Notes: generated by a model from the sequence alone, not told the origin. A stretch of 64,000 nucleotides of DNA from an uncultured Bacilli bacterium (GCA_944358255.1 CALVQQ010000002.1:3739-67738), one strand, 5' to 3'. Shown: positions 1-9,812, numbered from the stretch's first letter. Made by a program: numbers and translations.

Positions 1-1
1 T

Positions 2-355
2 ACAAGTAGAATAGGCGGATTTAATAATATATATGATGATGTCAAACTTGATGATAATATGTTTGAAGTTGTTTTGATAGATGTCTTTAATAAGGCACAG
101 CTTGCAATGACTATGACTTCTGTTTTAACGTCTGATATTAATAAAGTAAAGGGTGTTACTTATTTTAAAACTAATAATCTTTCTATTACTTTTGATGAAA
201 TACCAACTGAATCATGGTGCATAGATGGTGAAGAAATGAAACATAATGAAAAAACTTTTAAATTTGGTATAAATAAGGAAATAAATATGTTAGTACCAAA
301 AAAGAATATAGTAAAGTTGTTTAAAAATATTGAAGAAGTTGATCAATTAAGATGA
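2..355 (+). CDS. C-terminal part of a DAGK-family (YegS/DgkB-like) lipid kinase; the 5' end is cut by the window edge
   Basis: The frame is open from base 2. The tail parallels the C-terminus of the adjacent kinase paralog (DDNMFEVVLID...IDGEE versus DDGFFDVYYVD...VDGE). Confidence 0.5.
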   Translation, partial: TSRIGGFNNIYDDVKLDDNMFEVVLIDVFNKAQLAMTMTSVLTSDINKVKGVTYFKTNNLSITFDEIPTESWCIDGEEMKHNEKTFKFGINKEINMLVPKKNIVKLFKNIEEVDQLR

Positions 356-1218
356 AATGGGTTTTTATTGTAAATAAAGCAGCTGGGAATTGTAAATATA
401 AAAAGATTGCTTCTAATATTATAAAGTATTGTAATAATAAAGACATAGATTTTGTTATTCATTATACTAGATGCGCTGGAGAAGCTACGGCAATTTCTTT
501 GAAGTACAAAAAAGAAAAGAATATTATTTTTGCAGTTGGTGGAGATGGGACTGTCAATGAAGTTTTAAATGGCATTGTTAATACTAAAAATATCTTGGGC
601 GTGTTGCCTGTAGGAAGTGTCAATGATTTTTATAAAACTTTGAAGTTAAATCCTGATGGTATGATTAAATGTGATGTCGGCAAAATAAATGATATGTATT
701 TTTTGAATACCGTTTGTTTTGGTGTTGATGCTGATGTGGCTAATAACATTGACTTGATGAAGATGAAGGGTGTTCCTACTAGTAGGCTTTATGTTGCAAG
801 TATTATACATACGTTGTTAAAATTTAAATTTAAAAGATTAAATTTTAAAGTAAATGATGTAAATATGAGTGGTGAATTTACTACTTTGGTTATTTGTAAT
901 GGTAAATTTTATGTCAATGGTTTTAAGATTTCACCAAATGCTAAAGTTGATGATGGCTTTTTTGATGTTTATTATGTGGACAAACTACCTAAGGTTAAAT
1001 TAGTAAATTTACTTATGAAATTAAAAAATGGACTTCACGAAAATTCTCCTTACGTGCATAAAATGAGAGTTAATAATATCGTTGTTAAAACAGATAGGAA
1101 TGTGGTTGCTAATGTTGATGGTGAAAAATATTTAAATAATGAATTTAAAATTAAGATTATTAAAAAATTTATTCTCGTATATAATAATAAATCGTTAATT
1201 AAGGATTTATTGAAATGA
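352..1218 (+). CDS. Diacylglycerol/lipid kinase catalytic-domain protein (YegS/BmrU family)
   Basis: FAVGGDGTVNEV glycine-rich DAGK catalytic motif, and overall length of about 290 aa. Its start overlaps the stop of the upstream paralog. Confidence 0.7.
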   Translation: MKWVFIVNKAAGNCKYKKIASNIIKYCNNKDIDFVIHYTRCAGEATAISLKYKKEKNIIFAVGGDGTVNEVLNGIVNTKNILGVLPVGSVNDFYKTLKLNPDGMIKCDVGKINDMYFLNTVCFGVDADVANNIDLMKMKGVPTSRLYVASIIHTLLKFKFKRLNFKVNDVNMSGEFTTLVICNGKFYVNGFKISPNAKVDDGFFDVYYVDKLPKVKLVNLLMKLKNGLHENSPYVHKMRVNNIVVKTDRNVVANVDGEKYLNNEFKIKIIKKFILVYNNKSLIKDLLK

Positions 1219-1904
1219 TGTTTTATGATGTTAGAAAAATGTTATTTTCTTTACAAGAAATGAATGTAATTTGTTATTATGAAAAAGTTGTTCCAAATTT
1301 AAATAATGTTATTGGTGTTAGAGTTCCTAAATTAAGAAAAATTGCTAAGGCTATTGTTAAAGAAAATTACATTGAATACTTAAAATTTGATGAAGATTTG
1401 TATTTTGAAGAGTTAATTATTCAAGGTATGATTATAGGTTTATTAAATTTAGATGAAGCAAATTTAAAAAAATATGTTGATTTTTATTTGAATAAAATTT
1501 CTAACTGGGCATTATGTGACGTTTTTGTTGGTAATTTGAAATGTCTAAAAAAATATAAGATTTATTTATTTGATTATTTTTTAAGTATGTTATCTGATTA
1601 TAATGAGTTTAAAAAACGATTTGTTTTTGTGGTATTTTTGACTTATTATGTTGATGAAAAATATGTTGATAAACTAATTTCTGCTGTTTCTTCAGATAAA
1701 GATGACAGATATTATGTTGTTATGGCTAAAGCTTGGCTGATGTCAGTTATATACTTTAAATTTAAAAGTAAGGTTATGACAGAATTATCTAATCATTCTT
1801 TAGATTTTAATACACATAATAAAACTATTCAAAAAATAACTGAATCTTTGAAGTGCACTGATTTTGAAAAAAATGTTTTAAAAAGTATGAAAGTAAAATT
1901 ATAA
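1215..1904 (+). CDS. DNA alkylation repair protein (AlkD/AlkC-like HEAT-repeat glycosylase family)
   Basis: Helical repeat protein of about 230 aa carrying the NWALCD motif typical of the PF08713 DNA alkylation repair family. Start overlaps the upstream gene stop. Confidence 0.55.
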   Translation: MMFYDVRKMLFSLQEMNVICYYEKVVPNLNNVIGVRVPKLRKIAKAIVKENYIEYLKFDEDLYFEELIIQGMIIGLLNLDEANLKKYVDFYLNKISNWALCDVFVGNLKCLKKYKIYLFDYFLSMLSDYNEFKKRFVFVVFLTYYVDEKYVDKLISAVSSDKDDRYYVVMAKAWLMSVIYFKFKSKVMTELSNHSLDFNTHNKTIQKITESLKCTDFEKNVLKSMKVKL

Positions 1905-2005
1905 TGTTTTTTGATTGCAAAATTTTATTAATTGTTTTTCAATAATTGCATTTTGGTATTTAATTTAAATGCAATTTTTTTGTATTGTTTTTTTGATTAT
2001 TTTTA

Positions 2006-3571
2006 TTGTCTAGTTATAATGGTTTTATGAATAAAAAAATTTTTACTGTAAAAGGGTATCTTTTGGATGATGAACAAATGAAAATAGTTAAAAGTAATGC
2101 TAAAAATATATTAGTAATAGCTGGTGCAGGTAGTGGAAAAAGTTTGACTATTGTTGGTAAAATTAAATATTTAATTGAAGTAAAAAGGTTAAGGGAAGAA
2201 GAAATTTTGTGTATTTCTTTTACTAATGATTCTTGTAATTCTTTAAAATCAAGTATTTTAAAAGAATTGGGATGTAATGTTGATGTTTTAACGTTTCATA
2301 AATTGGCTTTAAATATTTTGAAAGATAATAATTTAAATTATTTTGTAGCAGAAAGTAACTTGCTTGATTTTCTTGTAAATGAGTTTATTAATTATGTTTT
2401 TGTTGATGATCATTTTTATAAAAACCTTGTTTTAAAATATTTTGGTGTTAGTTTATTGTTTAGAAATGTTAATGCTTTATATAAAAGTTTATTAGTTACA
2501 AGGAAAAAAGATGTTGATATGTTAATTAATAAAATTTGCACTTTTATTAGGCTGTTTAAGTCAAGTGGAAAAGATTATGAACATTTAAACAAAATTTTCA
2601 ATAAGGAAAAAAATAAGTATTTTAATAGGAATAATGTCTTTTTTTTGATTTTAGTTGTTAAATTAATGTATGAATATGAACTTGAATTATGTTCGGCTGG
2701 TAAGGTTGATTTTGATGATATGATAAGGATTGCTGCTAAAATAGTAAATGAAAGTGGTAAAAGTTATAAGTATAAGTATATAATCATTGATGAGTTTCAA
2801 GATACAAGTTTTGCTAGATATAATTTGATTAAAAGTTTGCTAAATAAAACAAATGCTAATTTTATGGCGGTTGGTGATGATTATCAATCTATTTATAGAT
2901 TTTCAGGATGTGAACTTGGGTTGTTTTTAAATTTTAATAAGTTTTTTGATGATTGTAAAATTTATAAAATTCAAACAACTTATAGGAATAGTTTGGATTT
3001 AGTTAAAATTTGTGAAAAGTTCATTAAGATAAATAAGGACCAGTTAGATAAAAAGTTAAAATCAAATATAAGTTTGTGTAAGCCAATAAAGATAATTTAT
3101 TATATTGATCAAAGAAAAATGTTTTTTAATTTGATTAAGTATTTATATAATTTGGGTGTACGAAATATAATGGTTTTAGGTAGAAATAATAGTAATTTGT
3201 ATGACGTTTTTAGTGATGTTTTTTTTATTGGTAATGAAAATTTTTTGTCTTTAGTTGGTTTTGATGATTTAAAGATAAGGTATTTAACTGTTCATAAATC
3301 AAAAGGTTTGGAAGAAGAGTGCGTTATTGTTGTTTCTTTAATTGATGATGTGTGGGGTTTTCCTAATAAGAAAAAAAATGAAAGGATTTTTAATTATGTT
3401 TTACTTGGTAAAGAAAGATGTCCTTATTCTGAGGAACGTAGACTTTTTTATGTTGCTTTAACGAGAACAAAATCTTATGTTTATTTGTTAGTTGATAAAA
3501 GAAATCCTTCTATTTTTGTAAAAGAGATAATAAAAGAGAATTTTCAAAATATTGAAATTCTCAATATTTAA
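2006..3571 (+). CDS. UvrD/Rep-family helicase-like protein (short form)
   Basis: Walker A AGAGSGKS, DEFQDT motif II and VALTRTK motif VI. The track start is TTG; ATG at 2027 (MNKKIF) is the more likely start. Confidence 0.7.
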   Translation: MSSYNGFMNKKIFTVKGYLLDDEQMKIVKSNAKNILVIAGAGSGKSLTIVGKIKYLIEVKRLREEEILCISFTNDSCNSLKSSILKELGCNVDVLTFHKLALNILKDNNLNYFVAESNLLDFLVNEFINYVFVDDHFYKNLVLKYFGVSLLFRNVNALYKSLLVTRKKDVDMLINKICTFIRLFKSSGKDYEHLNKIFNKEKNKYFNRNNVFFLILVVKLMYEYELELCSAGKVDFDDMIRIAAKIVNESGKSYKYKYIIIDEFQDTSFARYNLIKSLLNKTNANFMAVGDDYQSIYRFSGCELGLFLNFNKFFDDCKIYKIQTTYRNSLDLVKICEKFIKINKDQLDKKLKSNISLCKPIKIIYYIDQRKMFFNLIKYLYNLGVRNIMVLGRNNSNLYDVFSDVFFIGNENFLSLVGFDDLKIRYLTVHKSKGLEEECVIVVSLIDDVWGFPNKKKNERIFNYVLLGKERCPYSEERRLFYVALTRTKSYVYLLVDKRNPSIFVKEIIKENFQNIEILNI

Positions 3572-3645
3572 GACCTGAAAAGTAAGTTTTTGGTGTGATA
3601 ATGTTGAAAATGTAAAAAAGTGTAAAGAAAAAAGATGTTTCCATC

Positions 3646-4695
3646 TTAAAATTCTTTTGTTAGTTCACCCATTTGACTTGTTGGTATAAATCCAGGTTCA
3701 GCCATTATTACATCTGGTATTCTATTTACTATCGTTGCACATGTTAGTTCAACTGTTTGTGGTTTAGCAATTGTTAAATTTGTAGTTGGTTCACCAATAA
3801 CTTCCCAGTTGTTACAATCGTAATCTTCTTCTGAATATACTTTTCCAATACATTCAGTTTCTAATGTTATGCCTTCTTCGGTTGTCGTTGTTACTATTGC
3901 TCGCATTCCTGTACAGTTTCCAGTTTTAATAGTCATGTTTAATGTACTTGATGTGATGTCGTGGTCGCAAAATGTTGGTATGCATTTTTGACTTTGTTTT
4001 GTTATTGTTAAACCTAATTTATCGCATAACCATCCATTTACATTCCACATATAACTTGGTAAGAATTCTCCATTTTCAATTAGTTTTTGTCTTTCTTCAT
4101 TTGATATATTATCTGCAGCTGCAATTTCTTTTTCAAAATCTTCTTTTGTTAATCCAGCCCCGTGTGCTTTTGCAAGTGCAATTCCATAATCTTCTACATT
4201 ATATGAACTGCTTCCTTTAATAGTTGTTATTTTTTGACTTGCCCCTACAAGAGTTGTAATTAAATTTCCCCAAAAGGCATCTTGATATCCGCTTCCTGTA
4301 ATTGTGCAGTTGTTTTCTTTTGCTAATTTGTCTATTTCCATAGTTAGTTTAGGGGAAGAGTTAAATGGGTAAAATGCTTCTTCACAGGTTGTAATAGCAT
4401 TTATACCTAATTTTGCACATAGTAATAAAGCATCTTTGCAGTCGTTCATTAAACTCATCGTTGTAATAATACAAATATCTGGATTTGATTCTTTTAATAA
4501 TGTTTCTGCTTCAGTAACATTTTTTACTATTGTTCCTGTTTTATCACATCCAATTATTTCTGAAATGTCTTTTCCAATTACGTCTGGATTAATATCTATT
4601 GCACCTACAATTTTGCCACCATTTTCTAAAATGTAGCGCATTATATAGACTGACATTTTTCCACATCCGTATTGTACTACTTTAATGTTTTTCAT
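3646..4695 (-). CDS. DapB-like NAD(P)-binding oxidoreductase (possibly 2,4-diaminopentanoate dehydrogenase family)
   Basis: N-terminal Rossmann motif VVQYGCGKMS and an overall DapB-like layout. The specific function is not resolvable by eye. Confidence 0.45.
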   Translation of the reverse strand: MKNIKVVQYGCGKMSVYIMRYILENGGKIVGAIDINPDVIGKDISEIIGCDKTGTIVKNVTEAETLLKESNPDICIITTMSLMNDCKDALLLCAKLGINAITTCEEAFYPFNSSPKLTMEIDKLAKENNCTITGSGYQDAFWGNLITTLVGASQKITTIKGSSSYNVEDYGIALAKAHGAGLTKEDFEKEIAAADNISNEERQKLIENGEFLPSYMWNVNGWLCDKLGLTITKQSQKCIPTFCDHDITSSTLNMTIKTGNCTGMRAIVTTTTEEGITLETECIGKVYSEEDYDCNNWEVIGEPTTNLTIAKPQTVELTCATIVNRIPDVIMAEPGFIPTSQMGELTKEF

Positions 4696-4845
4696 TTTAT
4701 ACCTTCCTTTCTTATATTTTTATTATAGCATTTATAAGTATTTTTATTTATTTTTACTTTGTTTGTTTACATTTTTTTACTAATTATAGTGGTTATAAAT
4801 ATCACATTTATTTATTTTTCATACATTATTATAGAGGTGAAATGC

Positions 4846-5127
4846 ATGAATGATAGGGTGTTAACTGGAATTGTAATAGATGCTGGGCATGGCGGAGTAG
4901 ATGGCGGAGCTTCAGGAAATGGTATAGTTGAAAAAGATTTAAATTTGTTAATAAGTACTTATATGTATGATCGATTTAGAGAATTAGGTGTGCCAGTTAA
5001 AATGACTAGAACTACGGATGAAACTTTAGATTCATCTGAAAGGGTGGATAGAATTCTTGACGCTTATGGGAATGGGAAAGATGTTATAGTTATTTCTAAT
5101 CACATAAACGCCGGAGGACATACTTAG
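4846..5127 (+). pseudogene. 5' fragment (about 93 aa) of a cwlC-like N-acetylmuramoyl-L-alanine amidase (Amidase_3), interrupted by the inserted element
   Basis: RBS AGAGGTG lies 6 nt upstream of ATG 4846. IVIDAGHGGVDGGASGNG matches the CwlC N-terminus (IDPGHGGSDPGATGNG). The fragment ends ...ISNHINAGGHT*, in the middle of the conserved SIHVNSGGGTG block. Confidence 0.7.
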
Positions 5128-5290
5128 CTCATACAACGATTAAATTTATAAGGGTATTAAGACGGCTATATTTAAACAAAAAGAATTTGTTAATAAAGCT
5201 ATACTAAAATTAAGTTTTTAAACTTAAAAAGGCTGTAAAATAAAGAATTTTTAGTATATTTAACTTCAAATGTTAAAAAACACCAAATTT

Positions 5291-5301
5291 TGCTGTATAA
5301 T
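5291..5301 (+). promoter_or_regulatory. Extended -10 promoter element TGCTGTATAAT upstream of the 576-aa gene
   Basis: TGnTATAAT match 70 bp upstream of ATG 5373. No convincing -35 was seen. Confidence 0.3.
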
Positions 5302-5313
5302 GTATTTAAGAAT

Positions 5314-5356
5314 AGCAGTATCATTCTTTTTTAAGATGGATACTGCTTATTTTTTT
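5314..5356 (+). terminator. Terminator-like hairpin with T-run in the leader of the 576-aa gene (possible attenuator, or a terminator used in the circular form)
   Basis: 9-bp stem AGCAGTATC/GATACTGCT with a 16-nt loop, followed by TATTTTTTT, located between the -10 and the RBS GAGGTG. Confidence 0.35.
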
Positions 5357-5372
5357 GAAGTGAGGTGTAGTA

Positions 5373-7103
5373 ATGGCAAAGAAAAAATATGAAACACAAT
5401 TCAGTATATACAAAGTTGATTATAGTCACTCTGTAAAATATTTAAAAGAGGATCAAGGAATTGAAAGTAAAACATATGAAGAACTAGAAAAAAATATTTT
5501 AGATACAATTAAAGGCATGATTTTAAAAAAAGAAAGAAATGAAGTAGTTGATGTAAGAAATGATTACTTTAAAGGTGTAGTTTTTAGAACTTATCATTAT
5601 CCAACTTGGTATGGTGTGATTAATAGCATCGTAGATGAAAAAATTGATATATCAAATACTCATATTTCTTATGTCTTATCTTATTTAAAAGATGATAATC
5701 TGTTTTTACTAACTGGAGGATTAGGAAGTAATTATATTACAGAATTTACTCAAAAAAATTACGGCTTATATTTATTGCCTAAAATGTTGAAAGAAAATAG
5801 TCCTGTCATAAAATCGGTTTTGGAAAATAAAATGTCTGGCAATAGGCTGTCTAGTAAACATTCAAATAGAAACGTAACAACAATTAATACAGAAAATGAT
5901 ATGAGCTCAATATTTAGAGAACTTTCTTTAGAAATTGATAAAGAAATAATAAATAAATTAGGTATAAATACAGATGAAAATAAAAAGTCAAAGAATTTAA
6001 ATCTTATTGCAAAGGATTCCTTCGTTATAAGAAAATCTATAACAATAGAGAATTTAATGAAGGTTTTAGATCAACTGATAAAGGTTGAAAAAAATAAAGA
6101 TAATTTTTCTTTAGGTTATTTTGTTGATGTGAAAAAGCACGGATATTCTTCAAAAAAATTAAATGAACTTCTTATTAAAATTTTTATTGAAAAGAAGATT
6201 GATAATTTTATTTTAGTAGGGGATGACTATTCAGATTATTGCGTAGGTGGAAATAGATATGTTATTAAAGATGTGGATGAGAAGGTTATATATGAAAAAG
6301 AAAGTCCAATAACAATAGAAGACTTATTTGAAAATTGCCTGCCTGACAATATTACAAAGTCAGCAATAGAAAAATTATTAAAATATAATTTAACTGTTTA
6401 CAACGATACAGATACTATTTTGTTCCCTATAAAACTAAAACAAAGTATACAAGGATACATAGAAAATGAAGAAAAGATTCCTTTTTTTCTCTTTAACGGT
6501 AATTGGTTAATGTTTGATACTAATTATATTGATAACCTTGATAATGAGTATAAGAAAAACTATATTGATTTGATTAAAATAGACAAAAAATTGGCTGATA
6601 TTATTACTAATAAAAATCCTGAATTAACAGAAGATTCATATAATAAAGAATTTTCACAATCTAATGATCTTATAGTTGCACATACTGTTTTAAGCAATAA
6701 TATAGAACTTGCTGATTTAATTTATTTTGATAATGATAATTTATATTTGATACATAACAAGTCAAAATTTCAAGGTAATGGTGCTAGGGATGTATTAAAT
6801 CAGATTTTAACTTCAGCAGAATTTATAAATCACTATCTAATGGAAAAAGATAAAAGAGAAATTTTTGGTAAATATTATCATGATATTATAAAAAAATATC
6901 CCAATAATAATAAAATTAAAACTTTAACAGAAGATGAATTTGTTGACTTATTTAAAAAGCCTAACATATATTATATTGCAGGTTTTATGGAAGGACTTTC
7001 AGATAGCTCTGAATCAAATTATGCCAAGTATATTACTTTGGATGCTAGTAAAAAACTTAAAGAAAAAGGATATAATCTATTATTATTTAATATAAATTAT
7101 TAG
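5373..7103 (+). CDS. Hypothetical 576-aa protein of unknown function; candidate accessory or defence gene on the island
   Basis: Long uninterrupted ORF with RBS GAGGTG and its own promoter. No P-loop, HNH, HEPN or other family signature was recognisable by eye. Confidence 0.75.
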   Translation: MAKKKYETQFSIYKVDYSHSVKYLKEDQGIESKTYEELEKNILDTIKGMILKKERNEVVDVRNDYFKGVVFRTYHYPTWYGVINSIVDEKIDISNTHISYVLSYLKDDNLFLLTGGLGSNYITEFTQKNYGLYLLPKMLKENSPVIKSVLENKMSGNRLSSKHSNRNVTTINTENDMSSIFRELSLEIDKEIINKLGINTDENKKSKNLNLIAKDSFVIRKSITIENLMKVLDQLIKVEKNKDNFSLGYFVDVKKHGYSSKKLNELLIKIFIEKKIDNFILVGDDYSDYCVGGNRYVIKDVDEKVIYEKESPITIEDLFENCLPDNITKSAIEKLLKYNLTVYNDTDTILFPIKLKQSIQGYIENEEKIPFFLFNGNWLMFDTNYIDNLDNEYKKNYIDLIKIDKKLADIITNKNPELTEDSYNKEFSQSNDLIVAHTVLSNNIELADLIYFDNDNLYLIHNKSKFQGNGARDVLNQILTSAEFINHYLMEKDKREIFGKYYHDIIKKYPNNNKIKTLTEDEFVDLFKKPNIYYIAGFMEGLSDSSESNYAKYITLDASKKLKEKGYNLLLFNINY

Positions 7104-7420
7104 TAGTTTATGAAGGTATAGAATAATGCATTTACATTTTATAGACTGCAAAACAAAGAAAAATAATATATTGATTATCTTGGCTTAATAATTAATTAAT
7201 ATTTCAATGATGAGATAATATAAATAATTTAAAGTATTAAAAATGTGAATTAAATGATACTAAATATAAGTTTAATTTTCCCAAAGAATTATAGTAATTT
7301 GAGTTGATGAAAAATCACTCTTTTTTTTTATGAGATTTGTTGAATATAAATTAATTTTAATGTATAATTATATTAACTATTAAGCTAATAAGCATATATG
7401 TTAATATAATGGAGGAATTT

Positions 7421-7789
7421 ATGGCTAAAATCACTTTAGGAAATTTTATTGTCAAAAAGAGAAAGAATATGAAATTGTCGTCTAGGCAATTAGCTTTAGC
7501 ATGCGAAGTAACACCAGCATATATGAATGATATAGAAAAAAGTAAAAGAATCCCATCTTCTGAGGTATTAACAAGAATAGCTATGAAATTAAAGTTGGAT
7601 GAAAAAGAAGTTTATCAATTATTTGATTTAGCAGTTGATGATAATAAAGGTAAGGTTTCTTATGATATTGCAGAATATATAATGAATAATGATGAATTGC
7701 GACAATGTATTAGATATGTAATAAAGATTAAAGATAATAGTATATGGAAAAAAATGTTAAACGAAATTAATCAGGAGGGCCAATTATGA
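7421..7789 (+). CDS. XRE-family HTH transcriptional regulator, a putative controller (C) protein of the R-M module
   Basis: HTH segment SSRQLALACEVTPAYMNDIEKSKRIPS. GGAGG RBS at 7411-7415 favours ATG 7421 over the track start at 7409. The stop overlaps the m5C methyltransferase start (ATGA at 7786-7789). Confidence 0.7.
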   Translation: MAKITLGNFIVKKRKNMKLSSRQLALACEVTPAYMNDIEKSKRIPSSEVLTRIAMKLKLDEKEVYQLFDLAVDDNKGKVSYDIAEYIMNNDELRQCIRYVIKIKDNSIWKKMLNEINQEGQL

Positions 7790-8793
7790 AAAAGTATACA
7801 TATATAGATTTATTTGCAGGAGCGGGAGGAATGTCATTAGGTTTTAATAATGCTGGCTTTAAAAATCTTTTAGCAATTGAATGTAATAAAGATTTTGCTG
7901 AAACTTATAAAAAAAATTTTCCTAAACATAATTTGCTAATTGACGATATAAAAAATGTAACTGAAAAACAAATTCGTGATATAATTAAAAATGAGAGGGT
8001 AGATGTTATAATAGGTGGACCACCTTGTCAAGGATTCTCAATTGCAGGAAATATTGGTAGAAATTTTATTGATGATGATAGGAATAGGTTATTTAAAGAG
8101 TTTGTAAGATTTGTTAAAATTATTAAACCTAAAATATTTGTTTTAGAAAATGTAGCTGCTATGGAAAGACACAATAAAGGAAGGACTATAAAAGAGATAG
8201 TTTCATCTTTTGCAGCAATTGGTTATGATATAAAGTACAAAGTTCTTAATGCTGTTAATTATGGTGTTCCACAAGAAAGAAGAAGAATATTTATTGTTGG
8301 TACACTTGGAGAAAATAGATTTGAATATCCTAATAAAGATAATAAGATTGTAACTATAAAGGAAGCAATTGATGATTTGCCTAAATTAGGTAATGGAGAA
8401 AATAGTAATATTCCTAATCATACAGCTATGAAACACTCTGCCCAAATGTTAGAAAAAATGAGTTACGTTTCAGATGGTGGTAATAGAAATGATATACCAG
8501 AAAAATTAAGACCTAAGTCGGGAGACAGTAGAAAATATATAAGATATAATAGTAAAAAACCGTCTTTTTGTGTTACTGGAGATATGCGAAAGATATTTCA
8601 TTATAGTCAAAATAGAGCTTTAACATGCAGAGAATTAGCTAGACTGCAGACTTTTCCAGATACATTCATATTTGTAGGTAATGCCGGCAAAGTTCAACAG
8701 CAAATTGGTAATGCAGTTCCAGTATTATTGGCCAATAAAATAGCTTTACAAGTAAAAGAGGTGTTAGATCATGAGCAAATATCCGAAGATTAA
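7786..8793 (+). CDS. DNA (cytosine-5)-methyltransferase
   Basis: Motif I DLFAGAGGMSLGF, motif IV GGPPCQGFS, motif VI FVLENV, and motif X QIGNAVPV. Confidence 0.9.
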   Translation: MKKYTYIDLFAGAGGMSLGFNNAGFKNLLAIECNKDFAETYKKNFPKHNLLIDDIKNVTEKQIRDIIKNERVDVIIGGPPCQGFSIAGNIGRNFIDDDRNRLFKEFVRFVKIIKPKIFVLENVAAMERHNKGRTIKEIVSSFAAIGYDIKYKVLNAVNYGVPQERRRIFIVGTLGENRFEYPNKDNKIVTIKEAIDDLPKLGNGENSNIPNHTAMKHSAQMLEKMSYVSDGGNRNDIPEKLRPKSGDSRKYIRYNSKKPSFCVTGDMRKIFHYSQNRALTCRELARLQTFPDTFIFVGNAGKVQQQIGNAVPVLLANKIALQVKEVLDHEQISED

Positions 8794-9784
8794 TTATATT
8801 GGAAATAAAAATAAGTTAACTGATTGGATAGTGGATAATTTTCCATTTAAAGAGGGGACTGTTTTAGATCTTTTTTGTGGTGGCTGCTCAGTATCTTATG
8901 CTTTAAAGGAAAAAGGTTATAGAGTATATTCAAATGATGCTTTATATTCAAATTTTGTTTTAGCAAAAGCTATTATAGAAAATAGTAATGTAATCTTAAA
9001 AACTGAAGATTTTGATTTCGATATCCCGAAAAAAGAAATATTAAAAAAGTATAAAGAAATTAGTTTTTTAGAAAATAGACTATATTTTCCAAATGAAGTA
9101 GAAGAATTAGCTGAGTTAGTATGCAAATCAGAAAAATTAGAAAACTATAAGAAATATTTATTTTTATCTTTAATTAGAAGATCGATGATTAGAAAAATAC
9201 CATATTCAAGGATGAATGTTCCTTGGGATCAAATTGTTAAATTAAGGGATGAAGATTATAGTTATGCTAAATATAAAAGAAGAAGAGCGTATCATAATCT
9301 GCCTTTTATAGACCATATTTATGATAATTTAGATAATTATAACGATTCTGTGTTTAATAATAATCAGGATAATAAAGCATTTAATAAAGATGCATTTGAA
9401 ATGATAAATAAATTGACTGAAAAGGTTGATATTATTTACATGGATCCACCATATCCTGCTACGATGAATAAATATGGAGATTTTTATGGAATGTATGATA
9501 GTATTTTTAATAAAGAGATTAATTATATAAATTTTTCAGAGAACAATAAATTTTTGGAAAATTTAGAAAAATTAATTGTGAAATGTTTGCCTAAAACTAA
9601 ATATATAGTCATTAGTGAAAACAATAAAACAAAACCATCAATTTCAGAGATTAATAATATGTTAAGTAAATATGGTAAAGTAGAAATAAAAGAAAAAAAG
9701 CATCAATACAAAGTTACAAATAAGGAAAATAAAAATGAAACTGTTGAAGTGTTAATTATTTTGCAAGTTAAAGAAAACAAGTAA
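8771..9784 (+). CDS. DNA N6-adenine methyltransferase, D12/Dam-like class (DPPY)
   Basis: N-terminal YIGNKNKL (Dam WAGGK-like), FCGGCSV motif I, and DPPYPAT motif IV. It overlaps the upstream methyltransferase by 23 nt. Confidence 0.7.
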   Translation: MSKYPKINYIGNKNKLTDWIVDNFPFKEGTVLDLFCGGCSVSYALKEKGYRVYSNDALYSNFVLAKAIIENSNVILKTEDFDFDIPKKEILKKYKEISFLENRLYFPNEVEELAELVCKSEKLENYKKYLFLSLIRRSMIRKIPYSRMNVPWDQIVKLRDEDYSYAKYKRRRAYHNLPFIDHIYDNLDNYNDSVFNNNQDNKAFNKDAFEMINKLTEKVDIIYMDPPYPATMNKYGDFYGMYDSIFNKEINYINFSENNKFLENLEKLIVKCLPKTKYIVISENNKTKPSISEINNMLSKYGKVEIKEKKHQYKVTNKENKNETVEVLIILQVKENK

Positions 9785-9812
9785 TCACTAGTCTTGATTA
9801 CTTGTTTTCTTT
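9770..9812. terminator. Bidirectional intrinsic terminator between the convergent methyltransferase and restriction endonuclease genes
   Basis: Perfect 18-bp inverted repeat AAAGAAAACAAGTAATCA / TGATTACTTGTTTTCTTT with a 7-nt loop, spanning both stop codons. Confidence 0.7.

Noticed and set aside
3972-4636. ORF-track ORFs 3972-4220 (+) and 4436-4636 (+) inside the minus-strand oxidoreductase gene
   Set aside because: They lie antisense within a well-supported longer CDS and translate to low-complexity hydrophobic sequence with no RBS. They are shadow ORFs of an AT-rich genome.
4759-4845. Track start of the amidase fragment at 4759 (MFVYIFLL...)
   Set aside because: The extension is a hydrophobic read-through of the promoter region. 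A strong RBS (AGAGGTG) sits 6 nt before ATG 4846, where the conserved Amidase_3 N-terminus begins.
5373-7103. Assigning the 576-aa protein to a nuclease (PD-(D/E)xK) family on the basis of a C-terminal D...HNK stretch
   Set aside because: The spacing and surrounding residues do not convincingly fit the PD-(D/E)xK core. This is left as unknown rather than over-called.
7104-7408. Searched for a C-box (controller-protein operator palindrome) upstream of the XRE/C gene
   Set aside because: Only imperfect AT-rich pseudo-palindromes were found (for example TTAACTATTAAGC...). In a sequence this AT-rich they are not distinguishable from chance by eye.
8917-9126. Antisense ORF 8917-9126 inside the N6-adenine methyltransferase gene. 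The same pattern applies to 15343-15558, 17166-17408, 18067-18321, 21096-21374, 24188-24382, 24852-25076, 29957-30232, 30289-30553, 31760-31978, 32621-32839, 40591-40866, 41743-41928, 46723-46917, 59382-59720 and 60897-61091.
   Set aside because: All are embedded in, or antisense to, longer ORFs with clear domain signatures. All are low-complexity and lack RBS. They are treated as spurious.
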